This document shows, piece after piece, positions 19,554-28,599 of a stretch of DNA of 64,000 bases. A program made the position numbers and the translations under genes. Under the pieces are notes generated by a model. It saw nothing but the letters and a program-made list of their open reading frames with translations. It did no database searches and was not told the DNA's origin. Source of the stretch: Rhodospirillales bacterium (lineage in GTDB: Bacteria > Pseudomonadota > Alphaproteobacteria > Rhodospirillales > Casp-alpha2). The stretch lies in NCBI GenBank assembly GCA_028825025.1, contig JAPKAX010000001.1, positions 2,426 through 66,425 of the forward strand. The letters are read 5' to 3'. Positions within the stretch are counted from its first letter, which is position 1. Every line of letters starts with the position of its first letter.

Positions 19554-20324
19554 ATGGATAACGAACAAAAACCCAAAGGTTACGGATCAGCTTTAGACAA
19601 AGCCTTGGCGGTGTTGGAATTGATTACGGAGCAACGCCAAGCCGTTGGCTTGCCTGATTTGGCTGTCAAAATGGATATGCCGCGTCAATCGGTGCATCGA
19701 ATTTTGCTGCAATTAGAAGAGCTAGGATTGATCATCCGGGATGTGTCCAGGGACCGATTTTTTGTCGGACCTCGCTTATCACAGTTGTCGGTCAACGCCT
19801 TGTTTTCTAAAAACCACAGCATGCCAGCCCGCGTCATTTTGCAAGAACTGGTTAATGACATTCAAGAAAGCTGTAATATTGGCGTATTGGATGGCATGGA
19901 CTTTGTCTACTTGGACCGGATCCAATCGAAGCAATCGTTGCGCATTCATTTAGATGTCGGGAATCGCGTTCCAGCCTATTGTACATCCGGCGGCAAAGTT
20001 TTGTTGGCTCATTTAGAACCGAAAATGCGCCGTAATCTTGTTGAATTAAAAGAACTGCAAATCCACACCAAAACGACCTTAACAACGTTATCTGGTTTAG
20101 AAAAGTCCTTCAAAGCAGCTCTCAACTCAGGATATTCCGTGAACAATCAGGAATTTACCGCCGGAATAGTTGGTGTTGCCGTTCCGATCACAGATTCCAC
20201 TGGGCGCGCCATAGCGGCCCTTGCTTGCCATGCTCCTTTAGCCCGAATATCACTAGATCGGCTTGTAACCTATGTCCCAAAGCTGCAAGCATCGGCCCAA
20301 AACTTAGGTCTCTATTGGAGTTAA
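19554..20324 (+). CDS. IclR family transcriptional regulator
   Basis: 256 aa. N-terminal wHTH (SALDKALAVLELI....GLPDLAVKMDMPRQSVHRILLQLEELGLI) and a C-terminal IclR effector domain (..GIVGVAVPI.D..G...AAL). Confidence 0.9.
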   Translation: MDNEQKPKGYGSALDKALAVLELITEQRQAVGLPDLAVKMDMPRQSVHRILLQLEELGLIIRDVSRDRFFVGPRLSQLSVNALFSKNHSMPARVILQELVNDIQESCNIGVLDGMDFVYLDRIQSKQSLRIHLDVGNRVPAYCTSGGKVLLAHLEPKMRRNLVELKELQIHTKTTLTTLSGLEKSFKAALNSGYSVNNQEFTAGIVGVAVPITDSTGRAIAALACHAPLARISLDRLVTYVPKLQASAQNLGLYWS

Positions 20325-20419
20325 AAAGATCATTTCCATTGACTCCTTTTTAATATTACTGTAAAAAAATTGACACAGCGTCCCATTTTTTACACAAAAT
20401 TCTTTAAGGACATCACCTC

Positions 20420-21847
20420 ATGACGAAAGCCGCCGTTGCCAATACCACCGATAATCCTAAACTTATTATTGAGGGTTTAATTAAACGGGGCCGCACAGCC
20501 ATGTCAAAGTTCGAACATGCTGATCAAGCACGGGTTGATGAAGCAGTAACGGCACTGGCATGGGCCATATATGAACCAACACGTGCCAAAGAACTGGCAG
20601 AAATGGCGGTTATTGATACAGGGTTAGGCGACGTTGAAAGTAAAATCATTAAGAACACACGGAAAACCTTTGGCACCCTGCGCGATTTAATCCGCGCCAA
20701 AACCGTAGGTATTATTGAAGACAACCCGGTGACGGGGATCGTTAAATATGCCAAACCGGTTGGCATTGTGGCTGCCATTGCACCCTCAACCAACCCCGCA
20801 GCAACGCCAGTCAACAAAGCGATGATGGCTGTAAAAGGGCGAAACGCAGTGATTGTTGCCCCGTCCCCTGCTGGTGCGACCACAACAGAAAAGACCGTTG
20901 AATACATGCGAGCAGAATTGAAAAAAATTGGTTTGTCTGAAGATTTAGTTCAGGTTTTGCCGTCGCCTGTGAACAAAGAACTCACCCAACAATTAATGAA
21001 CCAGTCCGATTTAATTGTTTGCACCGGATCCCAAAATAACGTGCGCCGGGCCTACTCATCCGGCACCCCGGCTATTGGCGTTGGCGCTGGCAACGTTCCA
21101 GTGATCATCGACAGCACCGCTGATTTAACTGATGCGGCGCAAAAAATTCAGGCATCCAAATGCTTCGATAATGCAACATCATGCAGTTCTGAAAACTCCG
21201 TCACTATTGTTGATGATGTTTATGACGATGCCATTGCCGCCTTAAAAGCAGCTGGCGCTTATGTCTGCACCCCAGAAGAAAAAATCAAAATCCAGAACAC
21301 TCTTTGGGTGGGTGGCCATTTGAACCGCCACGTTATTGCTAAAGACGCAGACGTATTGGCAAAGACCTGTGAATTGGCAACCGAAGCCCAATCGGCTAAG
21401 TTTTTTGTTGTTGAAGACGAAAACAAAGTCGGTAAAGATCATCCATTTTCAGATGAAAAACTATCCCTGATATTGACCGTATATCGGGTCAAGAATTTTG
21501 CTGCAGCAAAAGACCATGTTCAAAATATTTTGAATTTCGTTGGAATGGGCCATTCCGTTGGCATACATACAAAAACCGAAGAGCACGTGCGAGCATTGGC
21601 TGAAGATTTAAAAGTCGTCCGGGTTTTGGTCAATCAAGCCCACACTTTTGGCAACGGTGGCAGCTTCACCAACGGCTTGAACTTCACTCTATCCATGGGC
21701 TGTGGCACTTGGGCGGGCAATTCAATTTCTGAAAATTTAAACTATAAACATTTCATCAACATTACTCATCTCGTTCGTGAAATTCCCGAAGACAAGCCTT
21801 CGGAAGATGAACTATTTGGTGGCCACTGGCAGAAGTACGGAAAATAA
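20420..21847 (+). CDS. CoA-acylating aldehyde dehydrogenase (EutE/PduP/SucD/SauS-type)
   Basis: 475 aa. Contains APSTNPAATP, GAGNVPVIID, and the catalytic Cys in KCFDNATSCSSENSV, the hallmarks of acylating ALDHs. Separated from the next gene by 3 nt. Confidence 0.8.
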   Translation: MTKAAVANTTDNPKLIIEGLIKRGRTAMSKFEHADQARVDEAVTALAWAIYEPTRAKELAEMAVIDTGLGDVESKIIKNTRKTFGTLRDLIRAKTVGIIEDNPVTGIVKYAKPVGIVAAIAPSTNPAATPVNKAMMAVKGRNAVIVAPSPAGATTTEKTVEYMRAELKKIGLSEDLVQVLPSPVNKELTQQLMNQSDLIVCTGSQNNVRRAYSSGTPAIGVGAGNVPVIIDSTADLTDAAQKIQASKCFDNATSCSSENSVTIVDDVYDDAIAALKAAGAYVCTPEEKIKIQNTLWVGGHLNRHVIAKDADVLAKTCELATEAQSAKFFVVEDENKVGKDHPFSDEKLSLILTVYRVKNFAAAKDHVQNILNFVGMGHSVGIHTKTEEHVRALAEDLKVVRVLVNQAHTFGNGGSFTNGLNFTLSMGCGTWAGNSISENLNYKHFINITHLVREIPEDKPSEDELFGGHWQKYGK

Positions 21848-21850
21848 ATC

Positions 21851-22990
21851 ATGAATTTCGAAGAATTTGCAGCGAAACCTTTGTTAGCGGTGGCGGGAAT
21901 ATCCGTGCCAAAGTCACAATTAGCGACCACACCAGATCAAGCTCGTGAAGCAGCAAAAACCATAGGCGGCGTTGTCATTAAAGCGCAAGTCCCGGTGGGT
22001 AAACGTGGCAAAGCAGGCGGCATTCAATTAGCTAGCTCCCCCGATGAAGCCCACATGCACGCAACCAACATCATTGGCATGGAAATAGGTGGCTTGACGG
22101 TGGAAAAAGTTTTGGTTGAAGCTAAATCTAATATTGCCTTTGAGTATTATGCAGCCATTTTAAACGATCCGGAAACAAAAGGCCCGATGCTGATGTTTTC
22201 CACCGAAGGTGGAATGGATATCGAAGAGATTGCTGAAAACACCCCTGAAAAATTGCGCAAACACGCTATTGATATTCGCGTTGGGCTTCAGTTAGCCGAT
22301 TCAAAAAGTTTGCTGTATGGCTTGGAATTACAAGGGGCCAACGATAAAGTCGCAGATGTTTTGATGAAGCTGTATGATGCGTACCGCGCCAATGATGCGG
22401 AGCTGTTGGAAATCAATCCGCTAATCCAAACCACTGATGGTGATATTTTCGCACTTGATTGTAAGTTTGTGATGGACGATTCAGCAATCAAACGCCACAC
22501 AGAATTAGCCACCCACGGAACGCCCGAAAAGCTAACGCCGATCGAGCAAGTTGGCGAAGACAATACGATTAAATATATCGAACTCGACGGCAATGTTGCC
22601 GTGTTGGCAAACGGTGCCGGATTAACCATGACCACCATGGACGTTGTCCGCCACCATGGCGGCAACCCTGCCGACTTTTGCGAGATCGGTGGCGAAGCCT
22701 ACACCAAAGGCACTATCGCCCTTAAAATGGTGCTCGAAAAACCCGGTGTTAAAAGCTTGGTTGTCAATTTTTGCGGAGCCTTTGCGCGCTGCGATGTGAT
22801 GATGGAAGGCCTTTTGAATGCATGGGAAGAATTAAAACCAGAATTGCCCGTGTTCTTTTCCATTGCTGGCACCGGCGACGAAGAGGCGATTCGGATGCTG
22901 AAAGATCGACTGGATATGGACCCTTATCCCAATATGGACGCAGCCAGTAAAGCCGCTGTTGACGCGGCGAATGCAGGAGCAATTTCATGA
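21851..22990 (+). CDS. ADP-forming acyl-CoA ligase beta subunit (succinyl-CoA synthetase beta-like, divergent)
   Basis: 379 aa. ATP-grasp N-half (..IKAQVPVGKRGKAGGIQLA..), LEINPL, and the ligase CoA domain VLANGAGLTMTTMD..GGNPADFCEIGG. Divergent from canonical SucC in the C-terminal third. Confidence 0.8.
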   Translation: MNFEEFAAKPLLAVAGISVPKSQLATTPDQAREAAKTIGGVVIKAQVPVGKRGKAGGIQLASSPDEAHMHATNIIGMEIGGLTVEKVLVEAKSNIAFEYYAAILNDPETKGPMLMFSTEGGMDIEEIAENTPEKLRKHAIDIRVGLQLADSKSLLYGLELQGANDKVADVLMKLYDAYRANDAELLEINPLIQTTDGDIFALDCKFVMDDSAIKRHTELATHGTPEKLTPIEQVGEDNTIKYIELDGNVAVLANGAGLTMTTMDVVRHHGGNPADFCEIGGEAYTKGTIALKMVLEKPGVKSLVVNFCGAFARCDVMMEGLLNAWEELKPELPVFFSIAGTGDEEAIRMLKDRLDMDPYPNMDAASKAAVDAANAGAIS

Positions 22991-23862
22991 GAATTCTACG
23001 CAAACACCACCGCGTCATAATCCAAGGCATCACTGGAAAGCAAGGCACCTTTTGGACTGAACGCATGCAAGAATATGGCACTCAAGTCGTTGGTGGCGTA
23101 AACCCTAAAAAAGCAGAAACTAGCCATTGCAACGTCCCGGTTTATGCATCCGCCATTGATGCCATGAAGGTCGGTGAAGGGTTCGATTCCTCCATCATGT
23201 TCATCCCGCCCTTAAGCGTTAAAGATGCCGCCATGGATGCGATTGAAGCCGGCGCTAAAAATATTTGCATTTTGACCGAACACATTCCGGTTCAAGACGT
23301 CATGTATTTTATGGCCGCCGCCAAAGAACACGGAACCATGATCACCGGGCCAAACACCGCGGGCTCCGTCACCGTAGGCGAATGCTTCCAAGGTTTCATG
23401 CCCGCGTTCAACGAACGGATCTTCAAAAAAGGTTCCGTTGGTGTGATGTCCCGGTCCGGTAGCTTAGGGACTTTGATGTGTCAAAACATCGTCTCAGCCG
23501 GCTATGGTCAATCGGCATTCATCGGCATTGGTGGCGACCCGATCATCGGCACCACAACCCGCGACGCATTGGAAGCTTTAGATAATTTCGTGGGCACGGA
23601 AGCCATTGTTATGGTCGGAGAAATTGGTGGATCGATGGAAGAAGACGCAGCTGAATATGCGCGTTCCATGAACAAACCAACCTTCGCCTTCATTGCAGGC
23701 GGTGCCGCCCCGGCTGGAAAAAAAATGGGCCATGCGGGCGCGATTGTCATGGGAAACAAAGGAACTTATGCATCCAAGAAAGAAGCCCTGGAAGGCGCAG
23801 GCGTTATGGTTTTAGATACGCCATCACATGTAGGTGACGCACTTAAAGAAGCTTTGGGATAA
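22987..23862 (+). CDS. ADP-forming acyl-CoA ligase alpha subunit (succinyl-CoA synthetase alpha-like)
   Basis: 291 aa. ATGA overlap with the beta gene. Contains IIQGITGKQG, SRSGSLG, IGIGGDP, and the phosphohistidine loop MGHAGAIV. Confidence 0.85.
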   Translation: MRILRKHHRVIIQGITGKQGTFWTERMQEYGTQVVGGVNPKKAETSHCNVPVYASAIDAMKVGEGFDSSIMFIPPLSVKDAAMDAIEAGAKNICILTEHIPVQDVMYFMAAAKEHGTMITGPNTAGSVTVGECFQGFMPAFNERIFKKGSVGVMSRSGSLGTLMCQNIVSAGYGQSAFIGIGGDPIIGTTTRDALEALDNFVGTEAIVMVGEIGGSMEEDAAEYARSMNKPTFAFIAGGAAPAGKKMGHAGAIVMGNKGTYASKKEALEGAGVMVLDTPSHVGDALKEALG

Positions 23863-24361
23863 GGAGTGATACCCTTCACTTACTAATATGTAATGCTTTG
23901 TTAATCTGTACTCACTCTACGAAATGGCAACCCAACAGAAACGGTGGCACACAAACCCATTGACCTTCGGGTAACACCAAGGCGGCGGAATTATCGAAAG
24001 GATTTTCAAGATATTTAGCGAATTAAATAATGTTTTTTGACCTATGGCGCACTTGGGTAGAGCTCTTTTCCTTCATACCACTCGGGTAACCCTTTCGCGG
24101 CAATCTTCCTGCCTGTGACCAAGGCTTTGAGCGTTGGCAATTTCTATTGAGGCTGAAAAAAAGAAAGCCAAATGGGCACTATATTTGGCGATAAATATGA
24201 GCGCGTTGAACTATATCGCCGTTTGCAAAACATCCAATAAGCAAAACCTCTCCAATCGATACGTAAGTTTACGTGGATGATCACTTGATTATGGACCTGT
24301 TTGTATATACTCAATTAGGCCAATGATTTTTTCAAAATGCACACACGATTGGAAATAGACG

Positions 24362-25318
24362 ATGAAACCAGAATTGTTGTTTTATGGGAGCCCCAAACCC
24401 GGAATGATGGACCTACTTAGTCCAAAGTTTAATATAACAAACGCCAAAGATATTTCTGATGACGCCACCTATTGGGAAGAAAAAGCAACTGAAGTCGTCG
24501 CCATCGTGATGACCGGTCATGGCAACTTATCCGACGATTTAATGGCAAAGTTACCAGCCCTTAAAATCATCTCGAGCTTTGGTGTTGGCTACGATTCAAT
24601 CGATGCCGTATCCGCTGCCAAACGGGGCATTGTAGTGTCGCACACGCCAAACGTATTGAACGCCGATGTTTCCAACACTGCAATCATGTTGATGCTAGCG
24701 GTTAGCCGGAGCTTGGTTGTTGATGATGCGTATTTGCGCGCTGGTCGTTGGCTCAAAGACGGTGCAGCGCCGCTCCGCCAATCCATGGACGGACGCAAAG
24801 TTGGCATTGTTGGTTTGGGCCGCATTGGGCTAGAGATCGGGCGCAAACTTGAAGCCTTCGATATGGATATTTCATACCACACCCGCAGCAAAAAAAATGG
24901 CGCTGCCTATCGGTATTACCCAAACTTGATTGAAATGGCAAAAGACGTCGATTTCATGGTTGTGATCACACCGGGCGGAGCCGCCACTGATAAACTCATC
25001 AGCCGCGACGTTATGAATGCTTTGGGCAAGAATGGCACCTTAATCAACATCGCACGCGGCACCGTAGTTGACGAAGCTGAAATGGTTAAAGCCTTACAAG
25101 ACGGCCGCTTAGGTGGAGCCGGGTTAGATGTGTATGAGGCTGAGCCAAAAGTTCCAGAAGCTTTATTTGCACTGGATAACGTTGTTCTTCTTCCCCACGT
25201 GGGAAGCGCCACCATCGGCACCCGACAAGCCATGAGTGATTTGGTTATTGAAAATCTATTTAGCTTTTTCGATACAGGAAAAGCCGTTGCACCCGTACCA
25301 GAGTGTGTGGATTTGTAA
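24362..25318 (+). CDS. D-isomer-specific 2-hydroxyacid dehydrogenase (glyoxylate/hydroxypyruvate reductase-like)
   Basis: 318 aa. Contains GIVGLGRIGLEIGRK (NAD fold), NIARG..VDE, GAGLDVYE.EP and LPHVGSAT. Confidence 0.85.
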   Translation: MKPELLFYGSPKPGMMDLLSPKFNITNAKDISDDATYWEEKATEVVAIVMTGHGNLSDDLMAKLPALKIISSFGVGYDSIDAVSAAKRGIVVSHTPNVLNADVSNTAIMLMLAVSRSLVVDDAYLRAGRWLKDGAAPLRQSMDGRKVGIVGLGRIGLEIGRKLEAFDMDISYHTRSKKNGAAYRYYPNLIEMAKDVDFMVVITPGGAATDKLISRDVMNALGKNGTLINIARGTVVDEAEMVKALQDGRLGGAGLDVYEAEPKVPEALFALDNVVLLPHVGSATIGTRQAMSDLVIENLFSFFDTGKAVAPVPECVDL

Positions 25319-25330
25319 GGACAAACCAAC
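25306..25330. repeat. Founder copy of the 25-nt motif TGYGGATWTGTARG.. (natural 3' end of the dehydrogenase gene including its TAA)
   Basis: TGTGGATTTGTAAGGACAAACC is 21/22 identical to 26061-26082. The preceding TTGCACCCGT (25287-25296) recurs at 26002-26011. Confidence 0.7.
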
Positions 25331-25344
25331 AATTGAAAGAACAA

Positions 25345-25855
25345 GTTACTTAGCCCAAATACTGGCTTCAATCTGACGCTTAAAATTCTGCCCAACCCAT
25401 GGGTATAGCGGAATAGTAACGATATTGCTGACGGTTTGACCGTCATTCGATATTGGAAGTCGGTATGCCTTTTAAAAGTGGATGGGCTTATCATCATTGG
25501 TTGAATATTCAACAAGCTTGGGGCTTTTGTCTTAATCACTACGGAATACGTATCGATTGAAACTTGCCTAAATCGTTCGGGCACTTCAGCCATGGATTTT
25601 CCAGTATAATTTGCCCGAAAAATATCGACCAAACCGCTGCCCCAAAACAATAAAACCGTTTCAATGTCACCATCAAAACCGACAACAATGGCATAGGAAA
25701 AAAGCCGGAATGGTATACGCATCATATCGAAATCACGCCACGTCAGGCCAACTGTAACTTCGGGGGTAATGCTTTTCCAATACGTAAATACAGGTTCTAA
25801 TTCTGTAGGGACTTGACCAGAAGAAACGATTCCTGACGTTATTCCAACGCTCGTA
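25345..25855 (-). pseudogene. Decayed PAS_5 (DUF1457-like) small PAS-domain gene
   Basis: Minus frame reads ..VPTELEPVFTYWKSITPEVTVGLTWRDFDMMRIPFRLFSYAIVVGFDGD...FRANYTGKSMAEVP... Then a frameshift, with the alternative frame RLPISNDGQTVSNIV. No in-frame start codon precedes the conserved YW block. Confidence 0.4.
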
Positions 25856-26010
25856 TTATATAAATCTTACACATGTTTAGCCAATAACAAGGATATATTA
25901 CAAGCAGATATGGAAGTAAATCCTTCCTCACCTTTGTAATATGAACACATGTTACAAACCTAGGGACCCCAAACCCAAACAAATGTCTTCATTTCTATTC
26001 ATTGCACCCG

Positions 26011-26085
26011 TGCGGATATGTAGGGGCAAATCACCTGCGAATTTGTTAGTGTAAACTGCCTGCGGATTTGTAAGGACAAACCGCT
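26011..26085. repeat. Three head-to-tail degenerate 25-bp repeats
   Basis: R1 TGCGGATATGTAGGGGCAAATCACC (26011-26035), R2 TGCGAATTTGTTAGTGTAAACTGCC (26036-26060), R3 TGCGGATTTGTAAGGACAAACCGCT (26061-26085). Pairwise identity is about 18-19/25. They lie just upstream of the carbonic anhydrase ORF. Confidence 0.75.
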
Positions 26086-26091
26086 TAATGA

Positions 26092-26793
26092 TTGCGTATA
26101 ATAATAAAGAGTATCACATCAACGCTTGCAAAGAAAAGAAGGCTTCCATTGAATTCTATTGAAAACCTAAAAACCGGGTTCAAAAACTTTCGCAACAATA
26201 CATTTGAAGGCAAATCCGAGCTTTGGGAAAATTTTGTCGAAAACGGTCAAGACCCCAAAATAGCCGTTGTTGCGTGCTCTGATTCGCGCGTCGACCCCGC
26301 AATCATGATGAACACCGATGCAGGTGAGATTTTCGTCATCCGAAACGTTGCCAACCTAGTTCCGCCCTATGATGAGAATGAGGGATATCACGGCACCAGT
26401 GCGGCGCTTGAATATGCGGTTCAACATTTGAGAGTCGAACACATCATCGTTTTGGGCCATGCCTATTGCGGTGGAATCAATTCTTTATTTGGACCCCGGA
26501 AAGTCGGCGTTGAAGGCCACTTCTTTATTCCACCATGGATGTCGATTGCCGAACCTGCCCACCGCCGGGTCCGAGCTACCATGCCCGATGCCAGCGAAGC
26601 CGAACAAGCAAGGGCCTGTGAAAAAGGAGCGGTTATGGTGTCGATGGAAAACTTAATGACCTTTTCCTGTGTCCGCAAAAAAGTCTATAAGACCGAACTG
26701 CGCTTACATGGTTGGTACGTTGATATCAAGGCGGGAACCTTAAGCTGTTATAATGCTGATTCGAATCAGTTTGAAATTGATGGCGATACTTAA
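26092..26793 (+). CDS. Beta-class carbonic anhydrase
   Basis: Contains CSDSRVDP, FVIRNVANLVPP, ALEYAV..L.V.HIIVLGHAYCGGI (zinc ligands C, H, C). The ORF-track start is a TTG at 26092. A TTG at 26149 preceded by GAAGG (MNSIENLK..) is the more likely start. Confidence 0.85.
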   Translation: MRIIIKSITSTLAKKRRLPLNSIENLKTGFKNFRNNTFEGKSELWENFVENGQDPKIAVVACSDSRVDPAIMMNTDAGEIFVIRNVANLVPPYDENEGYHGTSAALEYAVQHLRVEHIIVLGHAYCGGINSLFGPRKVGVEGHFFIPPWMSIAEPAHRRVRATMPDASEAEQARACEKGAVMVSMENLMTFSCVRKKVYKTELRLHGWYVDIKAGTLSCYNADSNQFEIDGDT

Positions 26794-28010
26794 TCAGGTT
26801 TCCAACGCCGGATCATCAATGTGTGTTGGCGGCCTTTAACTTGGACAATTTCAAGCGGACCGAAAGCATCATCAGCTAGTTTGGCATCGACAATGACTTA
26901 ATTGCCCTTTGCTGCTGAACATAAACGACCCAACACATTTACGGTGCCTCCAATTACTGTAAAATCTCGGCGGTTTTCAGGACCAATAGCGCATGGAATC
27001 ACCTCGCCTTGAAAAATACCAATCCCAAAGGGCCATGGGAAATTACCACCGTTGACTACCGTTTGCATTTCACGCGCCGCCTGAACCGCCCGTGCACCCC
27101 CCTGGTCCCCATCGAAACGCGCCAAAACCGCATCCCCTATCATTTGATCAAAACCACCGTCCTGCTGTTGGATGATTTCGACTTGCAGTGTCATCAACTC
27201 ATTTAAAAAAGCGACGACGTCTCAATGTGAATTGTCTTCAGAAAAGCCTGTGAAATCTTGAATATTTGAAAACAGCAAAGTTATAATCACACTCTGGCAA
27301 GCAATTTGGCCAATGTTGTCAACATTGAGCGCCACATCAACTGCGGTTAAAGAAACAAACGATTCAATCCGTTTACGCAATTCATTTATCGCTTGGGTTC
27401 TGGCATTAATATAGGCCTGCGCTCGACCAACGATCTTATCAAGGGCCAGTGCCAAAAGGAGCAAAAGAACCGCCGAAATTTTACAATCGGGACTGCAGCA
27501 TTGATTGAAATTGGATTCAGGTAGCCAACTAGCTCTTACAATTCAAAGACTGAGCGAAATGAGTCTGCCTCATCAAAAACCAGAACATATAACTCATACT
27601 GCTTCGTCCCGTCTGGAGATACTTTGGTGACAATTTCAGATGCCGAATTTTTTATTTCATTACACAAAGAATCCCCATATTCCATGCTGCCAATTTCTTT
27701 TGCGTGGGTCGCAAATAATACTGTTCGGTTTAAGTCATAGGTTTTTAATTTTGAGAGTTTAAGCTCTCAGACCTCATCCTCAAATGCTTTCGCTAATTAT
27801 TTACTATAGACAGCTAGCGTTGTTCGTTCGTCCCCTTGTCCAGACATCAAGGCGTGCCAGTGCAGGGACCTTCTCTTAAACCGCCCGTGTAATGGTTTGA
27901 GCCCGGCGCTGAGCTAATCCTAAATATATCTGTTCGACTACGTGGCTGGCAGTCAGACCAATAAGCACAAAAAAGACGCCAATGAAGCGGCGCCGGAAAA
28001 GGGCTTTTAA
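26790..28010 (-). pseudogene. Membrane-anchored sensor adenylate/guanylate cyclase (class III), broken
   Basis: Pieces on the minus strand: TM-like N-terminus FIGVFFVLIGLTASHVV; a sensor-like block TYDLNRTVLFATHAKEIG..; ITLLFSNIQDFTGFSEDNSH* followed by DVVAFLNELM; catalytic core DQMIGDAVLARFDG..AREMQ..GIGIFQGEVI.CAIG...RDFTVIGGTVNVLGRLCSAAKGN*VIVD (in-frame TAA). Confidence 0.7.
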
Positions 28011-28093
28011 AGGAAACGGTTAGTCTAATGTCATAATAAATTTGAAGACACCTCAAGAATACAAGTTACTAAGTCTTAAAACTAAAACAAAAT

Positions 28094-28130
28094 AATCCCA
28101 TCCCAAAGCATTTAGCTTAGGGATGGGATT
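28094..28130 (-). terminator. Rho-independent terminator of the DsrE-like gene
   Basis: AATCCCATCCC (28094-28104) pairs with GGGATGGGATT (28120-28130). On the minus strand the stem is followed by ATTTTGTTTTAGTTTT. It lies 17 nt past the stop codon. Confidence 0.7.
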
Positions 28131-28146
28131 AAAAATGATATTTGCT

Positions 28147-28599
28147 TTATGGACGGATATAAGACCAGCCATTTTCTTGCAATTCGATCAACCGGATAAC
28201 CCCTGATGGAACCATTTTCGCTTCCGAAATCAAGGTGACTTTTTTACCTGATTTTTTGGTCATTTTGGCATGGGTATTCCCGCACGCGGAAAACGCAATG
28301 TTATCAAGCTCTAGGCTCATAGCCGCAATCCGCGCTTTTACAGGGGACGTGTCGGCACGCAACATGTGCAAGCCAGGGCCATAGGTAACGATTTCAATGT
28401 CAACCGTATCGCCTTTCGACTGATAATATTTATTTACATTCTGGGCATTATTTAACACCAAATTCATACGGCCCTTATCGTTTTCGTCCACATGAATGGC
28501 AACTTTATGGTTTTGCCCAGCCGCATAAACAGGTGCTGAAAGTACCCCCAGCACAAGGACAAATACCATAAAGAAGGGAAGTAAGTTTCGTTTAAACAT
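28147..28599 (-). CDS. DsrE/DsrF-like family protein with signal peptide
   Basis: ATG at 28599 is preceded by GAGGAA. Signal peptide MFKRNLLPFFMVFVLVLGVLSAPVYA. The mature part (KVAIHVDEND....VTYGPGL..L......ACGNT) fits the DsrE fold family. Confidence 0.7.
   Translation of the reverse strand: MFKRNLLPFFMVFVLVLGVLSAPVYAAGQNHKVAIHVDENDKGRMNLVLNNAQNVNKYYQSKGDTVDIEIVTYGPGLHMLRADTSPVKARIAAMSLELDNIAFSACGNTHAKMTKKSGKKVTLISEAKMVPSGVIRLIELQENGWSYIRP

Noticed and set aside
20420-23862. Interpretation of the ligase pair as serine-cycle malate-CoA ligase (mtkAB), with the nearby 2-hydroxyacid dehydrogenase as hydroxypyruvate reductase.
   Set aside because: No malyl-CoA lyase, serine-glyoxylate aminotransferase or other serine-cycle or methylotrophy genes are present. 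The operon partner is an acylating ALDH, which does not fit that cycle. I kept it only as an alternative to test phylogenetically.
23863-24361. A 500-bp gap between the ligase alpha gene and the 2-hydroxyacid dehydrogenase gene, scanned for a riboswitch, sRNA or gene remnant.
   Set aside because: No conserved riboswitch core that I recognise is present. The translations give only weak, inconsistent hints (GST- or permease-like). I cannot support any call.
24916-25725. A 269-aa minus-strand ORF.
   Set aside because: Its 3' two-thirds (24916-25318) are antisense read-through across the 2-hydroxyacid dehydrogenase gene. Only the upstream part (above 25345) carries signal, and that part is better explained as a piece of the PAS_5 pseudogene.
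26011-26085. Regularly spaced 25-bp repeats, checked as a possible mini-CRISPR array.
   Set aside because: The repeats are contiguous with no spacers, there are only three copies, they are degenerate, and no cas genes are present. I report them as a tandem repeat or duplicated gene terminus instead.
27847-28056. A GC-richer patch with the tRNA-like string GGATTAGCTCAGCG on the minus strand and a 69-aa ORF. I considered a tRNA fragment, SRP RNA or another ncRNA.
   Set aside because: No cloverleaf and no acceptor or T-arm complementarity could be drawn. The SRP GGAAGGAAGCAGC-type motif is absent. An alternative minus frame reads as a basic stretch plus a TM helix (KALFRRRFIGVFFVLIGLTASHVV), collinear with the cyclase pseudogene. 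It is most likely that gene's N-terminus.
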